Positions 36,851 through 50,146 of a stretch of DNA of 64,000 nucleotides are shown here, in pieces. The translations under genes and the position numbers were made by a program. The stretch's first letter is position 1; the number at the start of each line of letters is the position of its first letter. The notes under the pieces were generated by a model that worked only from the letters and a program-made list of their open reading frames with translations, was not told where the DNA came from and searched no databases. This stretch comes from Oikopleura dioica (Eukaryota; Animalia; Chordata), in the NCBI GenBank assembly GCA_907165135.1, contig OU015567.1, positions 5,332,001 through 5,396,000 of the forward strand. The letters run 5' to 3'.

Positions 36851-38410
36851 TTCTAGCGTTCAAGTTTGCCCTCAACTTAAGCCTCAAAGAAAGCAATTAA
36901 GCTGATCCGGGCAAATCGTCAATCGATGAATAGAAATAAGGGCGTCACTTTGTTAATTTTTACAAACAGTCACCGGCCAACATTGTATTTTTATCATGGA
37001 ATTTTCCCCGATGAGCTCAATTGAACTCAATTAATGAACAGTAAGCTCGTTTCACAAGACAAAAACCAGTTCGAAGCCGTTCGCAACCGGTCCGAAACAG
37101 TCATTTCTCACCGATGAAAATTAAATTCACCACCGTGCCTGAGAATCGCTACGAACGCCGATATGAGCATCAGCCGAAGGGTTCCCATGCTTGGAGAAAT
37201 CATCGGTGTAAGCTAAAAATGGGCTGATAGCGATGGTCAATGGGGCCAAATTGAAGCTTGAACACTCATAAAAGACTGGGCTTGGCAACCTGGGTCCAAA
37301 ACCTGAATAAGGGAATGAAAGAGCGAAAAGTCGCGACCCAGCTTTTTATTCTAGCTTTTTAGGCCCTGACTCAGGTTTTGGACAGAGGTTGCCAAGCCAA
37401 AGAATTTTATCTCTGCGGAAATAAAACTTTCAAAAAGCAATTTACCTTGATGGATTCTCTCTTTCTGGGCTTGGTCAGTTGAAAGTCAAGAAGATTGTGC
37501 TTTTGGCAGAAGAGTTGATATTTACAGTAGAATAGGTTTTTTCGGCTTTCTTTAACAGTAGGGAGTTGCCTGAACAATGAAAGATTAGCCAAAAGCGGAA
37601 GAAAAAACGGTGAATGTGCTAAGACGATTATTTTAGCGTTGATTTTCAAGGAAATTTTTAAGGGATTAAAAAAAAAATTAACTCATTTATACACTCATCT
37701 TTAATCCTGAAGCTAAAATATAAGGATTAGCAATTAGGGCAAATTAAGGCTTTGGCAAATAATCACATTGATTTCTGCTGGAATCACGCGCTCGGGGCAA
37801 GTCGGAGCTTGCCCTCAGGCGATGAACCCTGATCGAATCTTATCAAATTACGTGGAGATGGAAAAGGATTAGTCGATTAATTCAATGATAAGATTTCTCG
37901 ACATTTTTAATAAAAATAAAATAATTTGTAAATTTTTTTTTTTAATTTTGATTATCTAAAAAAATTCAATAAAAAATTTTTAATAACTCTCAAAAAATAA
38001 ACTCAAATCAATTCTTTCTCCTGTTAACTGTACCTCTAACTGAAGTCTTCTATATTCGCCATCATCGTTTTTTCTCTTTTTTTTTCTGATTTTTCTGCGC
38101 TTTTCGCTTTCTCGTAATAAATTAAAAAGATTGGCTTTCTGAATTCAAGTCTGAAAAAAGAGAGAGCGCGGCGCGCGAGTTGTTGGCAACGCTTCACTTT
38201 TTTTTTCTCAGAACCTTCTGAATAGGGAGCCGCCTGAGCTGATTGGACAGCGCCCCGATCGCTCTTCTACTTGCGATTATCTTCTAGAATTGCTTGATTT
38301 CTTGAGTGCTGAGTATTTCTCGGAAATAAACTTCGTTGATTTCTTTGTAATTTTAGTGTATTTATTTTAGTTTTTATCAAAGCAGTTTTAGATTTCTAAT
38401 ATCCAAATTT

Positions 38411-40307
38411 TTATTGAGAGATAACGAGCCGACAAGAAAAATTTCTTTTTTGAGAACAGCTCACATCATTCCATTCGCCAGGTCTGTCGTCACTATAGGT
38501 AACGTATCGCTCGACACAGCCTTCATTATTCTTCCAATTGTCGGGATTAGGAGAGTGCCAATCGAAAACGGTATTCTCGGAGCCCGTCACTGTTATCCAG
38601 TCATCTGAGCTCGCTTCTTGTCGCTTGATTCCCAGCCATTCGTGCCCTAGACCAAGAGACTTGTAAAAATCATACTCTTTTTGCGTTATGAAAAATGGAA
38701 GATGACCACCGATCTTTTCACATTCGTCAGCTGCAGTTTCGAACGAAACCCGTTCATTTGAGATTCGCTTGAATTGAATTTTCTTCTCGATGCGACAAGA
38801 GAAAGCATGCGAAATACCACAAGGGGCATCATTCCATCTTTGGTTATGCAACAAGTCATGAACACAATTTTCATGGCCACCCTGATTGTTTGGTTCTCCA
38901 GAATTCCAAGCGAAAAAGGTATTTTCCAAGCCAGTCACTGTACTCCAGCCTGTCGAGGAAGTTGAATTACGTATTATTCCTAACCATCTTTCAGTATTCC
39001 GTCGGCTTCCAGCATGATATTGTTTATACTCTTCAGAGTTCAGAAAAAAAGTCAAATCTCCTCCGATCTCCTCACATTTTTTCTGAGCAGTAGCGAAATC
39101 CGTTCTTGATGTACTATACACAAAAAAGACATATTTATACGCTGGAACCGTTATTGCACTGATTGCCGTAGTCGTTGTCGGAGTCGTTGTTGTTGTCGTC
39201 GTAGTCGTACTCGTCGTTGTCGTTGTTGTCGTAGTCGTTGTCGTCGTTGTTGTAGTCCACCAGTCACGAGACGTCGTAGTCGTTGTGGTTGTTGTAGTCG
39301 TAGTTGTTGTCGTCATTGTCATCGTCGTAGTTGTTGTCGTAGTTGTAGTAGTCGTTGTCGACGTAGTCGTTGTCGTCGTCACTGATTATATAAATTATTT
39401 CTGTGCTATTTTATTCTCACCTTTCATGTTTTTGCATCGTTCTAGTTCGCTCTCTAATTTATCGATTATTTCCTCAGATTTCAATTTTGACATCTCATTG
39501 TCAATTTTTAATGATGAAAATCTACTTTCAAGGAGTAGAAAGTCACGGCGAAGCTGTCGATTTTCAAGACGAGCTTAAAATTTATTTTAATCAAGAAGAT
39601 TCGTGAAGTTGTTAATTTACTTGTCCGATATTTTGAGATTACATCATTAGTCCTTTCTTCAGATTTTCTGAAGCTTTCCCTTAGTTGTTCCAGTTCACTT
39701 AAAGAAGAAGAAAGTACGCGTTCTACGAAATTGTCTCACACGATATATTGGAATCTTCATTGTCCATTTTCGAGCAGGCGCAGCTACCAATGTTGATTCC
39801 GAGTTGATGTCTTTGAAAATAATTTCATCGATCATTTTGATAATAAATTATCATTAAGGACAGCCCCCCCCCCTCCCGTCAGCTTTTTCTTTCAAAAAAT
39901 GGAAACTTATAAAAGCAACAAATTTAGGGCAAACTCGTTAATTTTCGGCGTAAAGTCCAATTTTCAAATGCGATATTAGGGCGAGGGATTCGAGATAGAC
40001 CCCAAAAAATACAGCATCAAAAACGTTTTTTGACCCGTAGAATCCATTTCGAAAAAAGCTGACGGAGGGGGGGGTCCTTAATGATAGAAGTCTAGTACCT
40101 GCAGTTTTTAGTACAATCTAGCGATGAGCAAGTGACAATACAATTTTTAAAGTCAGCTTCGAAATTCTCTCTACATACTCTTCCATATCTTTGGATCGAT
40201 TTATTTGCTTCACAAAAATTTCTGCAAGAAAAATTTTGACTGCAAATTGGGACTCTTTCAGATGCAACGAAACTCAAAAAATTGTAAAGAAACAGTAGAA
40301 AGAACAT
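38411..40307 (-). CDS. Secreted Cys-rich + coiled-coil + Thr-mucin stalk + two C-type lectin domains (one apparent frameshift)
   Basis: Signal MFFLLFLYNFLSFVAS; the coiled-coil exon ends MK and splices in phase (G|TG) to the 38411-39381 exon; CTLD1 EPN...WND, CTLD2 NPD...WND; TATAAAA near 40345. Joining the 5' exons needs a 1-nt correction near 39735. Confidence 0.72.
39170..39381 (-). repeat. Coding poly-Thr (ACN) low-complexity tract
   Basis: Runs of ACA/ACG/ACT codons; similar tracts occur at 27535-27660 and 5135-5160. Confidence 0.85.
39858..40077. mobile_element. Kolobok-like MITE in the first intron of the lectin gene
   Basis: TTAA|GGACAGCCCCCCCCCTCCCGTCAGCTTTTT...AAAAAAGCTGACGGAGGGGGGGGTCC|TTAA. 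A TTAA target with GG...CC termini fits Kolobok rather than piggyBac. Confidence 0.75.
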
Positions 40308-40573
40308 GATCTGTTCTGAGAAGATGCTGAACCTCAACCCCTTTTTATACTTGTTTTTTAACTTGTTTGCTCGATTATTGATATGATTAAGGTAAGAAGC
40401 TGACCCTTGTGGTTTCTTTATTGATCAGTTCGATGGTCAAGGTTTCGGTCAAGGAATTATTTCAGGTCCAAAAGAAAACAGTAGCGAGGAGCGTGAATAT
40501 TTGCTTCTCAACCACTTCTTTATGTCAATTATTGCTGCGGTGCCACTTTCTCTATCGAGAGCTTACTAACTCT

Positions 40574-40587
40574 GTCGCCCTGGCAAC
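40574..40587. promoter_or_regulatory. RFX X-box upstream of CFAP47
   Basis: GTCGCCCTGGCAAC fits the X-box palindrome GTYNCY-NN-RGNAAC, about 100 bp upstream of the ATG of a ciliary gene. Confidence 0.65.
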
Positions 40588-40685
40588 CGGTCCTGTCATA
40601 ATGGGTCCAAGCAATCCAACTTTTCTGAACTTCAAATCTTCTGATTGATAATTAAATTCCTCATCCTTTTCATGGCCCTTCCATC

Positions 40686-43600
40686 ATGACGAAGTACAGA
40701 GATAAAATCGCACTCTACCCAGCAGAAATTGACTTTGGCCTGATCAAAGAAAATGAAATTGAAAGAGAATCTATCAATTTGGCAATACAGAATGTTTCCA
40801 AATCGTCAATCAGAGTGTCCATCCTTTTTCCAGAGATGCAATGGCTGAAGATCGAGCAAAAGTGGATGATAAATGAGCCCGTTCCGCCAGGACTTGAAGT
40901 TCAAGCAGTGATAAGGTACGATTTTTTTGTTCAAAAAATAGTTTTCTTACAAAAAAAAAACATTCAGCATCGACCGAAATTGCTTCGATTTCGCATCCTT
41001 CCCCTTCCCCCTTGGAGAAATCCGAATCAAAGTCGACGATGCCATCATCCCCTTCCCCCTCCTTGCCAAAAACTCATGCCCCCAACTTGTTGTCGATCAA
41101 ACAATCTCCTTCGGGAATGTCTCCGACTCGAATAACATCATCAAAAAGAAGCTGAAAATCAAGAACAAAGGCGATGAGCGCGGATTCTTTCAAATCCAAA
41201 AGCGTGAAAACGAAGTCGTTAAATTTTCAAGCTATTCTGGATATGTCGATCCCAAAGAAGAAGTTTTTGTCACTGCAAAAATGATCGCAGATTGCCGAAA
41301 AGAAATCAACGAAGAAATTCAAATCTTCCTCGGAGACCGGGAAGAATCAATCAAGATCAAGGCGCAAGTAATTTCAAGAAAACTCAAGCTCAGCAGCGAA
41401 ATTCTTCAACTCGGTGATTTCATCGCTTCCGCCGAGGGCCGCGGCTCCGTTTTTCTCGAAAATCCGACTCCTGATTCTGTCCAGTGGGTTTCCAGAATCC
41501 CTTTGGACGCGGACGGTGTTGAGTTCGGCCCTTTTGAATCCCCAACTGAAATCATCCAGCTCAACCCTTCAAGCGGAACTCTAGCGCCCGGAGAAAAGTG
41601 CTTGATTTCGATAAAACTGGAATCAAGAAAGAAACTCGAGAAATTCACCGAACTCATCTTGAACGTCGTCTTTGGGGTTGTCGGCAAAGCTTTTTCAGAA
41701 AATTCAACTGTTGGTTTATTCGTCACTGCGAATCTTTTTCCCTTGAAATTGAAAATTTCCTCTTTGGCGAAAAATGTCAAACAATCGTCGAAAATCACCA
41801 AGATCTATTTCGGCGAAGCGGTTCTCGGAACGACTCCTATTGTCATCCTCGACTTCGAAAATCTCTCAGGAATTGAAATAAATCTTCAAGCGAGTAAAAT
41901 TGCCCATTTCAAGATAGCGCCGAAAAATTTACTTATCGGCCCGAATGAGACAAAAAAAGTAACGTTTATTATGGACCCAAGTCAAATTGGAAACATCAGT
42001 AGTCGGTTTGACTTCAATGTCGTTGTTGGGAAGGGGTCTAAAATTGTGGAGAAAGCGAAATTTCTGCTCGAAGGACATGTCAAGCCGAGAAAAGCGAACA
42101 TGAAAAAGATCGAGGAGCGTCTCGAAAGCGTCCGACAATCGTACATCCCTCCACTGAACGAGTTCGAGCCAAAGTACAAAATGACTCCAGCAGAAAAGAA
42201 GCAGCGAGACTCTCACGTGGCCAAGTACAACGCTGAAATTTCCAAAACCGCAACCGCTCTTCGTAACAAACGATCAAAGCAAGAAACTCGCGAGCGATTC
42301 GAAAGAAGAAACAACCCAGTGGAAATTGGTTTGAGCCCAATTGAATCGACCATGATCGATTTTACTCCCGAAGAGTCCCCTGGCTTTGCTTTGAGAAAAA
42401 GGGATGATCCCCAAATGACACTTGGCAAGTACAAAATCTCAAGCGGAAAGGAAAAATGGAAGAAATTATCGGCAAATGACTCGGAAATGATCAAAATCGG
42501 CAACTTGACGAAAGATAACGTCCTAGACTTTGGAGAAGTTCTCCACGGATCCGAAGGAACTGCGATTTTACCAGTTGAGAATCGATTGCTTGAAGATGTT
42601 GTGATGGAGATTTCGACGACTTCGGAGAAAGTGACCTTCTATACGCCGAGTTCTTTCATCATTCCCGGAAGAACATTGATCGAAATCGCTGTTTCTTACA
42701 GCGCATCTGACATTGGCCCGATTGGTAGCTCCTTGCAGTACTCCCTGAATAAGGGTCTCTCATCATTCGTCCTTCTTTCCGGAAAAGTGTCACCACCGCG
42801 ACTCGAAATTCCGGAAGACTCGATCTCCCTTCGCTTCAATCCGAATCAATCAGACACGAGCGAAATGACATCCTCCATCGAAATCCGCAATCCACTCAAT
42901 ATGCCTCTCGAATTTCTCTGGCAGCCGGTCATTCCGGAAGATTCAGCTGGATTTGGCTTCTCTATGCGGCCTGCTTCTGGAATGATTCTCGCTCGATCAA
43001 GCTTGAAGTGCGAAGTGAACTACTATCCGTCTTTTCTAGCGCCGCATAACGGGGCGTTCAAGCTCAAAATTGAAGGAAACAGTTATATGGTAAAGTGCAA
43101 CGCGATCATTCCAAGAGCAGAAGTTTTGTTCACCGACAGAAAGGTAAATTTCGGCCCAATTCCTCTCAATTCAAAAAGCACTCGCCGCGTGTACCTCAAA
43201 AACGTCCTCTCAAATCCGGCCATTTTCCGATTTGATCAACCAAGAGGAGTCCCAATTTCTATTTCACCAATTGAAGGGATCATTCCTGTCGGAGGAATTC
43301 TCCCTGTCGATCTTGAACTCTACCCAACAACGATGAAAAAGCTCGAATTCTCGGTCATCGCTCAGGTTAAAAATGGAGAAGATGCAGTTCTCCGGGTCGC
43401 AGCGCATGTTCAAGAGCCAAAAATCGTTCTCTCGGTGGAGAAATTCATCTACCACGGAGTCCCAGTCGGATGTTATAAAAAAATTCCATTCGAAATCTCC
43501 AACCCAACGAAAGCGCCCGTCTCCCTCAAATTCAATCTGAAAAATCTGCCCTTTTCAGTCGAACATTCCGGAGAAAGAATTTCAAAGAGAAGACTAGAAG

Positions 43601-46600
43601 CTGGGGAGGAAATACGCCTAGATCTCGTCTACCGACCAGCTCAAGTCGAGCAGAAAACGCTTCCATTTTCTATTCTTGCCAACACCATCGATCTCGGATC
43701 GAACAATTTCGAAATCACTGCAACAGCTAAGCGAAAGCCCGTTTTTGTCAAAACAACCGACTCTACCTTCAAGGTCAAAAACATCAGCGATGCAAGCATC
43801 TGCATCAAATACAACGACGACACAAACTTGTTGAAACCAGATGAAGTCTTCGAAACCGAGCTTTTTGAAGAGAAAGAATTTCAAATTTTGGACATGAATG
43901 GCCACAGTTTCCATCATCCCATCCCAGAAACTTGCTCCCAGCCCGCGCCGGGGCTAGAATTTGAGCCAAAAGAGATCGTTTTCGAAGCAGCTCCACTAAA
44001 TACTGAGCTTCAGGGAGTTCTGAAGATCAAAAATACATTTTCAGAAGACTCGTCTATTGCAATGCGAGAACAAGTCTTGGAAGAGTTTGAGCGATTGGAC
44101 ATCTCTTTCAGCGAAAATTCCTCTATGTCTTCAGACATGATTATTATGAAGATTTCATATTTGACCATGGTGCCTTTCGCTGGAGTGAAAACGCTAGAAT
44201 TTTTCGAAGAAACGACGGGAGAGACATTCCCCGTCAACATCTACATCTGCTGCGACAATTCCTTAACAACATGTTATCAGTATGTTGCGGAGAGACTGAC
44301 GAGCCATCATATTGTCGAGCAATCAGAAGGCGGCGGCCGAGCAAGCCTCAACTTTCAAGAATCCGACGAAGGCAACCAGTCGCAATCAAGGAAGACCAAT
44401 TCAGTTGTTCGAGCGCGGACGAAATCAACCAGCATTTCTGTCTCAACTGAAATCATGTCATTTGGCTCCAGCTCCTCGCCTCACAGCTCATCCTTTCCAG
44501 TCACGCTTCAGAGCCGTGAGCAGGTTCCGGGGAGAGCTACGTCCTCGATTGACGCATTTTCGAGTCTTGAAAGCGATCTTGTCTCTTCACTTGAAAAATG
44601 GTTCGGCACTTTTGGCTGGTCTTCTGGTCCTTTTCCCATTTCCATCCCAACAACGATTCGATCCTTGACTTCAAGAGCGGTCGGAAAAACAAAGGGGACG
44701 GGGAGAATCCTCGCTGGGACAAGATCGCAAATGGTCACTGTTTATGACATGATCGTCAACTTATCCGGTAGGACTATCACTGGCTTCCCCGCCGGCCAGC
44801 TCCTCCCTGAAAACAAGGAAGAAAAACGCGCTCAGCTTCTCTGGCAATACGGAGTCATCCTCGAAGTCATCAAAGCCCAGGGCGGCATGGTCGCGCACAT
44901 CAACGCCGAAGACCTTCTCGAAGAAAATGAATCATTAGCTGAATCAAAAAGACTCGACTTTGAAAAACGCTCGCAAAACGCATGGACCAACTTTTTGCTC
45001 CAAGTATTCCGGGTTTTCTCACTCGCAAAGGTTGAAAAATATCTCCCTGGAATCGATGCCAGTCATATTGAATCAAACATTTACGACGGATCGGAAAAGA
45101 TAATTCTCGCTTGGCTAAATGAGGTCTTTGAGCAAGTTCGAGGGCCAGTTTTTGGCGTTGAAAGAAGAACGATTATTAATTTTGACAATGATTTACGAGA
45201 TGGACTTGTTCTTGGATCCCTCGTGGCATTTTACTGTCCGTATTTTATCGAAGACTTGAAGAAGATGTTTGTTTCTTGCACGATGGCGGAGCAATGTCTT
45301 CACAACGCACTGATCCTCCTCGAGATTTTCAAAAAGATCAGAATCGAAATGGTTCCCCTGGCGACACAGATAACGGACCCGAATCCGATTACAATGCTGA
45401 TGTTGCTCGTCAACGTCGCCGAAGTTCTTCCAGCAATGAAACCGATCGACATCGCTTATCTGAATGGAAAGCTCTCGCAAGAATGCAAAAAGACGTTCAC
45501 CATCAAAAATCGATTCAAAAAAGCTGTTCAGTACGAAGCGTTTATCATTTCAAATAACGAGCAATCATTTTCAACGAGCAACGAAAAATTCAGCATTCCG
45601 CCGAAATCCTCTTTTTCACTTGTCGTCAATTTCAAAAGCTCCTTTTTCCTGAAAACAGAAGCGATTCTGGTCGTCAAAAGTCTCCCAACACCAGCTTTTC
45701 CCGTTCAAGCTGAAACGCTTGTTTTTACTCTCAAAGGGAATATTTCCGAGTTTTCGCCGAGAGAATTTGTCAGAGAGGCGGTAAAATGCCCGGTTTATGA
45801 AGAAAAACAAATTGAAATCGAAATAAATTGCCCGTTGAAATTCGAAGGTCAGAGGGAATTCACAGTGAGTTCTTTGGAAACTCATCGGGTTGGCAAGTCA
45901 TCTTATCATCTGGACGAACTTTTGGAAGAAATGGAAAACAATGTCTTTCCGCGAGAATTTTATGCTTCAGATGAAACGTTGCAACTCGACTGCGAAAAAA
46001 GCGTCTTCAAGCTTTTCTACAACCCGATCGGTCAGATACAGAAAAGCGGAATTTTCATCTTTTCAAACGAAGAAATCGGTCAGTTCGCCATCAAAATCAA
46101 CGGCTCTCCCCTTCCGCCCAAACCATCTCCAATCCTCCGCGGCCAAGAAAAATGCTTCACTGTCTCTGGCGATCAGATTTTCTGGAAAACAAGCGTCACG
46201 GGATCAAAAGAAGCCGTGCTGAAAATCTATGGAGAAAACGTCGCTTTTCAAAATGCACTTCAGCGGGTCGTGAAGCTTTCCTTGCCGAAAAGAGAAAAGG
46301 AGATCAGGGAAAAGACGTTTTCACTGAACACCAGGGCGCTGCAGGAAAAAGTAGTTTCCCCGGATTTTTACAAGAAAATTCGAAAGTTCGAAGTCTTCTC
46401 TACTTCCGAGCATTTTCGGCTTCCGAAAACCATTGAGATCGACACTTCTACTCCGCAAGTAGAAATTCCCATCCAACTCCTGACCGACCAACAGGGCCGA
46501 TACCCTGGCCTCATTTTCTTCCAAGGAACCGAGGACTCCCTTCTCGATACTAGAATCATTCAACTCGAAGCAATAATAACTGCCGAGTGCGAGTCGAAAA

Positions 46601-49535
46601 ACCTCATCCTCGAAGCGCCGGCACGAGAACAAGTCGATCAACTGATTCCGATTCAAAACATGACCCCTCATGTCTGGCAAATGACAGCGACTCTTCGAAT
46701 CCAAGAAAACTCCGCGGCGGGTTTCGCTCAAGAACGCGACCCATTTTCCGGGCCGGAGTTTTTCACCGTCCAGCCGGGTGAAACTTACAACTACCGACTT
46801 CTCTTTTCCCCGATGTTCAAGAAAACTTACAAAGCGGATCTCAACTTGGTCAACAAAACCGACGGCAGCGCCGCTTCTTTCCACATTACCGGTGTCGGAA
46901 AGAACCCGAAAGTCTCGCAAAAATTAACCTTTCACAGTGTCAAATGCGATTCGCCACGAAAAGCGTCGATAATCGTCCCAAACCTGGGTCGACGAAAAAT
47001 GCAGTTTCAACTTCACACGACCCTTGGATCTATTATTGCTGGTCCCTTGTCAATTACAGTCGAGAAGAATTCTAGCGCTGAGTATATCTTCGAAATCATT
47101 CCTCCTGAGATTGATCGTTACAGAGGCCTCCTGGTTTTCGCCGGTCAGGAGTTGTACAAGACGAATAATCCAGACTACGACTCGGATCACGAAGACGATT
47201 TCAACGGAGAAAACGGCGATGAGCTCGTGGAAATGCCCTACGGCGAAGAATTCCTCCTTCTCTATGAGCTTGACATTTCCTCTGTCCGAAGCGATCCGGC
47301 AAAACGGCTGAAATTTTCTGGCTCTTGCGGCGAATGGCTTTCAAAAACAATCGAGCTCAACAATCCAACAGAGCGAGATTTTATCTTTAAAATAAAATCA
47401 AGCAACTTGGAAATTCTCAAAGTCGAAGAAGCAGTCAAAATACCACCGCATTCAAAAAAGCCCTTAGAAATTCTGTTCATGCCCGAAAATGCTTCTGATC
47501 CGACTCCAGCTGATTTGACTTTTGAGAGCGATCTGACAGGGAAATTCTGGTATCAGATTGAGTTTTACTTGGAAGACCCGCTGCCGAAATTGGTGAAGGC
47601 GAAAGATGTACCGTTTGGAAAGTGGGAGAGTTTGACAGTTCAAGGCATGGTTTTTAAATAACACAAATAAAAGCCCATAAATTATGGGCCATAATATAAG
47701 TTTTCGTGTTTTGAGTATAACCAGCATCAACGGGAGAATAAATTTAGCAGGAAGTTTACTTTGAAAAAATGCAATCTCATGAATGCGAAAACTGGCAATT
47801 CCATCAAAGTAATGAAAAATACAATCGAAACCATAACAGTGACAAACACATCAATAAAAGAAACAACCTTCACCTTTTCAACCTCCTCCCCTGATCTGTT
47901 TCTCGACCCAAATCATCTTCCTGCCGAGAAATTCACAGCGAAAGAAACAAAGGACATTCATCTCTTTTTCATCCCCCACCAGCTTGGCAAGTCCATCTCG
48001 ACCTTCATCGCCTCCAGCCCTGATTGCGGAAAAACCATTGTCGACGTTGAAGGAGAAGCAGTTCCGCCAAAACAATATGAGCCGACGAAAATCTTCGCAA
48101 AGGCGAATTCTCCGAATGGAAAAACTGTCGTCATTCCCTTCAGAAATCCAAGCGATAAGAGCATTTTATGTTCAGTCGATCTAAAGATGTCAAAAGGTCA
48201 AGAGCAGCATTCAGACGCATTTCAAGTTCTTCTAAAAAAGCGGGTACCAATTGCGCTCGCGAAAGGAGAAGTCTTGGAAATTCCGGTGTCTTTTATTTCG
48301 GAAGGAGAGTTGGAGTCTGTCGTTGCTTTTGTTACTGTGACTGCCCGGCCAAAAGACAACAGGTTAAAATTCAATTGTTCTCTGAAGAACCATAAGTTCG
48401 ATTTCAATAAAGAAAATTTATATTTTATTGAATTTGAAAATTAATATTTAAATATACGGCGTAATTGGATATTTAAAATAACTACTTTCAGTCCTTGGCT
48501 ACAAATTAACCCAGAAAAAGACCTCCCAGAAGGATACACAGTCGATTCAGCTGGCAACGTCACTACCATTACCTTCACCTACCCTCTCCACGGTTCAACC
48601 CTTTTCAAAGTCCCGGAAGAAAAACAACTCCTAATCGAATGCAACGCCCGTTCAAGATTCGAGCGAAAGATCGAGCTTTCTCTGAACGGCGCTGCACCAA
48701 ATATTCTTCCGACAGTTCCGCTCAGAACGAAATCGGCGCAAAATGCATCTGGATACAGCTTCGACCTTTTGTTTACTGAAGAATCGGTGTTTGCAAAGGC
48801 GATTTCGATAAGTCTTGTCGGGCAGAAAATTGACCAAGAAAGTGGGGAAGTGAAATTGGTCTTTTGCTTGACTTTTATGCCGATGATTGGAGGCGTTAAT
48901 GAAAAAGCGGTTCTTTCCATTTCTTCTGCTATTGGCGCTACATGGGTAGGCAGAAATGAGAATGTACCCCTTTCATTATTTATTCTAGCGCTTTCCATTG
49001 GAACTTCGCGTGACAGAGCCACCAGCTGACGATGAAATCTGCATTCCCGGTTGCAAAATTGGCTCTAGCTCTGTTGTCCGGTTTCGTTTATTTGGAGAAA
49101 ACATCGCTTTCAATGCAAAATTATTAGAAAATGCGAAGGAAGAAGATTCTTTATTTGAAATCTCTCCTGAAGAAGGAGTTTTAACACCAGATGGTTTGGA
49201 GTTTTCAATCACTTATACACCGAAGGTTTTTGGGGAAAAGGCGAGCTCAAGACTTCTTGTTTCTACTTCTGATAAAACGGTAGGCAAATGCCCGTTGATA
49301 GGAAAAAACAACGTTTGTAGCTGACGTATGATATCACAACTGTGCCAGCTGCACCAAGAAGAAATCAAATGACCAGCTCGGCTTATGGCAAAATCTATGC
49401 TCGGCCGAAGAAAGAGCCCAAGAATTATGTTTTGCAGAATAAAATGGTAAGAGATCATTCACTCTTCATATCTTATTACTTTTCTAGATGACGAGAAAGA
49501 AGGCAAACCTCCTTAAACTCGAGTCATTGAACTGA
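40686..49535 (+). CDS. CFAP47: Cilia- and flagella-associated protein 47
   Basis: About 2,700 aa of repeated ASH/Hydin-like beta modules plus the CH domain IILAWLNEVF...IINFDNDLRDGLVLGSLVAFYCPYF. Exon 1 40686-40915, a very long exon from 40968 to ~47645, several 3' exons, stop 49533-49535. Confidence 0.85.
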
Positions 49536-50146
49536 AAAGAAACTCATATTGCCACTGTGGATACTGTTTTATACGATTCATTTTATATTTATTCTGAGAA
49601 TAAAATTCCTCTCGATAGTAACAGAGCCACTAAAAGATCTTCGAGATCCTGACTCAGGTATTTTACACAGGTTTTTGAGCCTAGAGTTAGATGAAAATAT
49701 CTTAAAAAATATCTGAAAGGAGTTCTCTTCCTTGATTTCAAATTATTTTGTTTCCTAAAGAAAATACGCTCTCTCCATTCCCAGACAAAGAAACAGTCTT
49801 TTGTACAAATTGATGAAGTAGCAGATACAAAACATTGTTTACAAAACATCTGCTCGGATGTTTTAAGGCGTTCCCGTGCGCCTTATCTACGCGTACACTT
49901 GTACACTTTCAGCCGCTGATAAGATTAAAATAAATTCAACCTGTCAAAATAGTAGCTTACTCTTTTTTCGGATTGTTACTCATTTATTCAAGAAAAAAGA
50001 AATTATCCTTGTTTGTTATTTACAGAAGTAGCCATATAAACATACAGTAAGAAGATAAATAGGAAAAAAAGAATTGAACAAAAATAGCGTTTTTACAGAG
50101 ATTTGATTTCTTAGCAGGTGTTGAATAGAATAATATTTTTGGGAAT

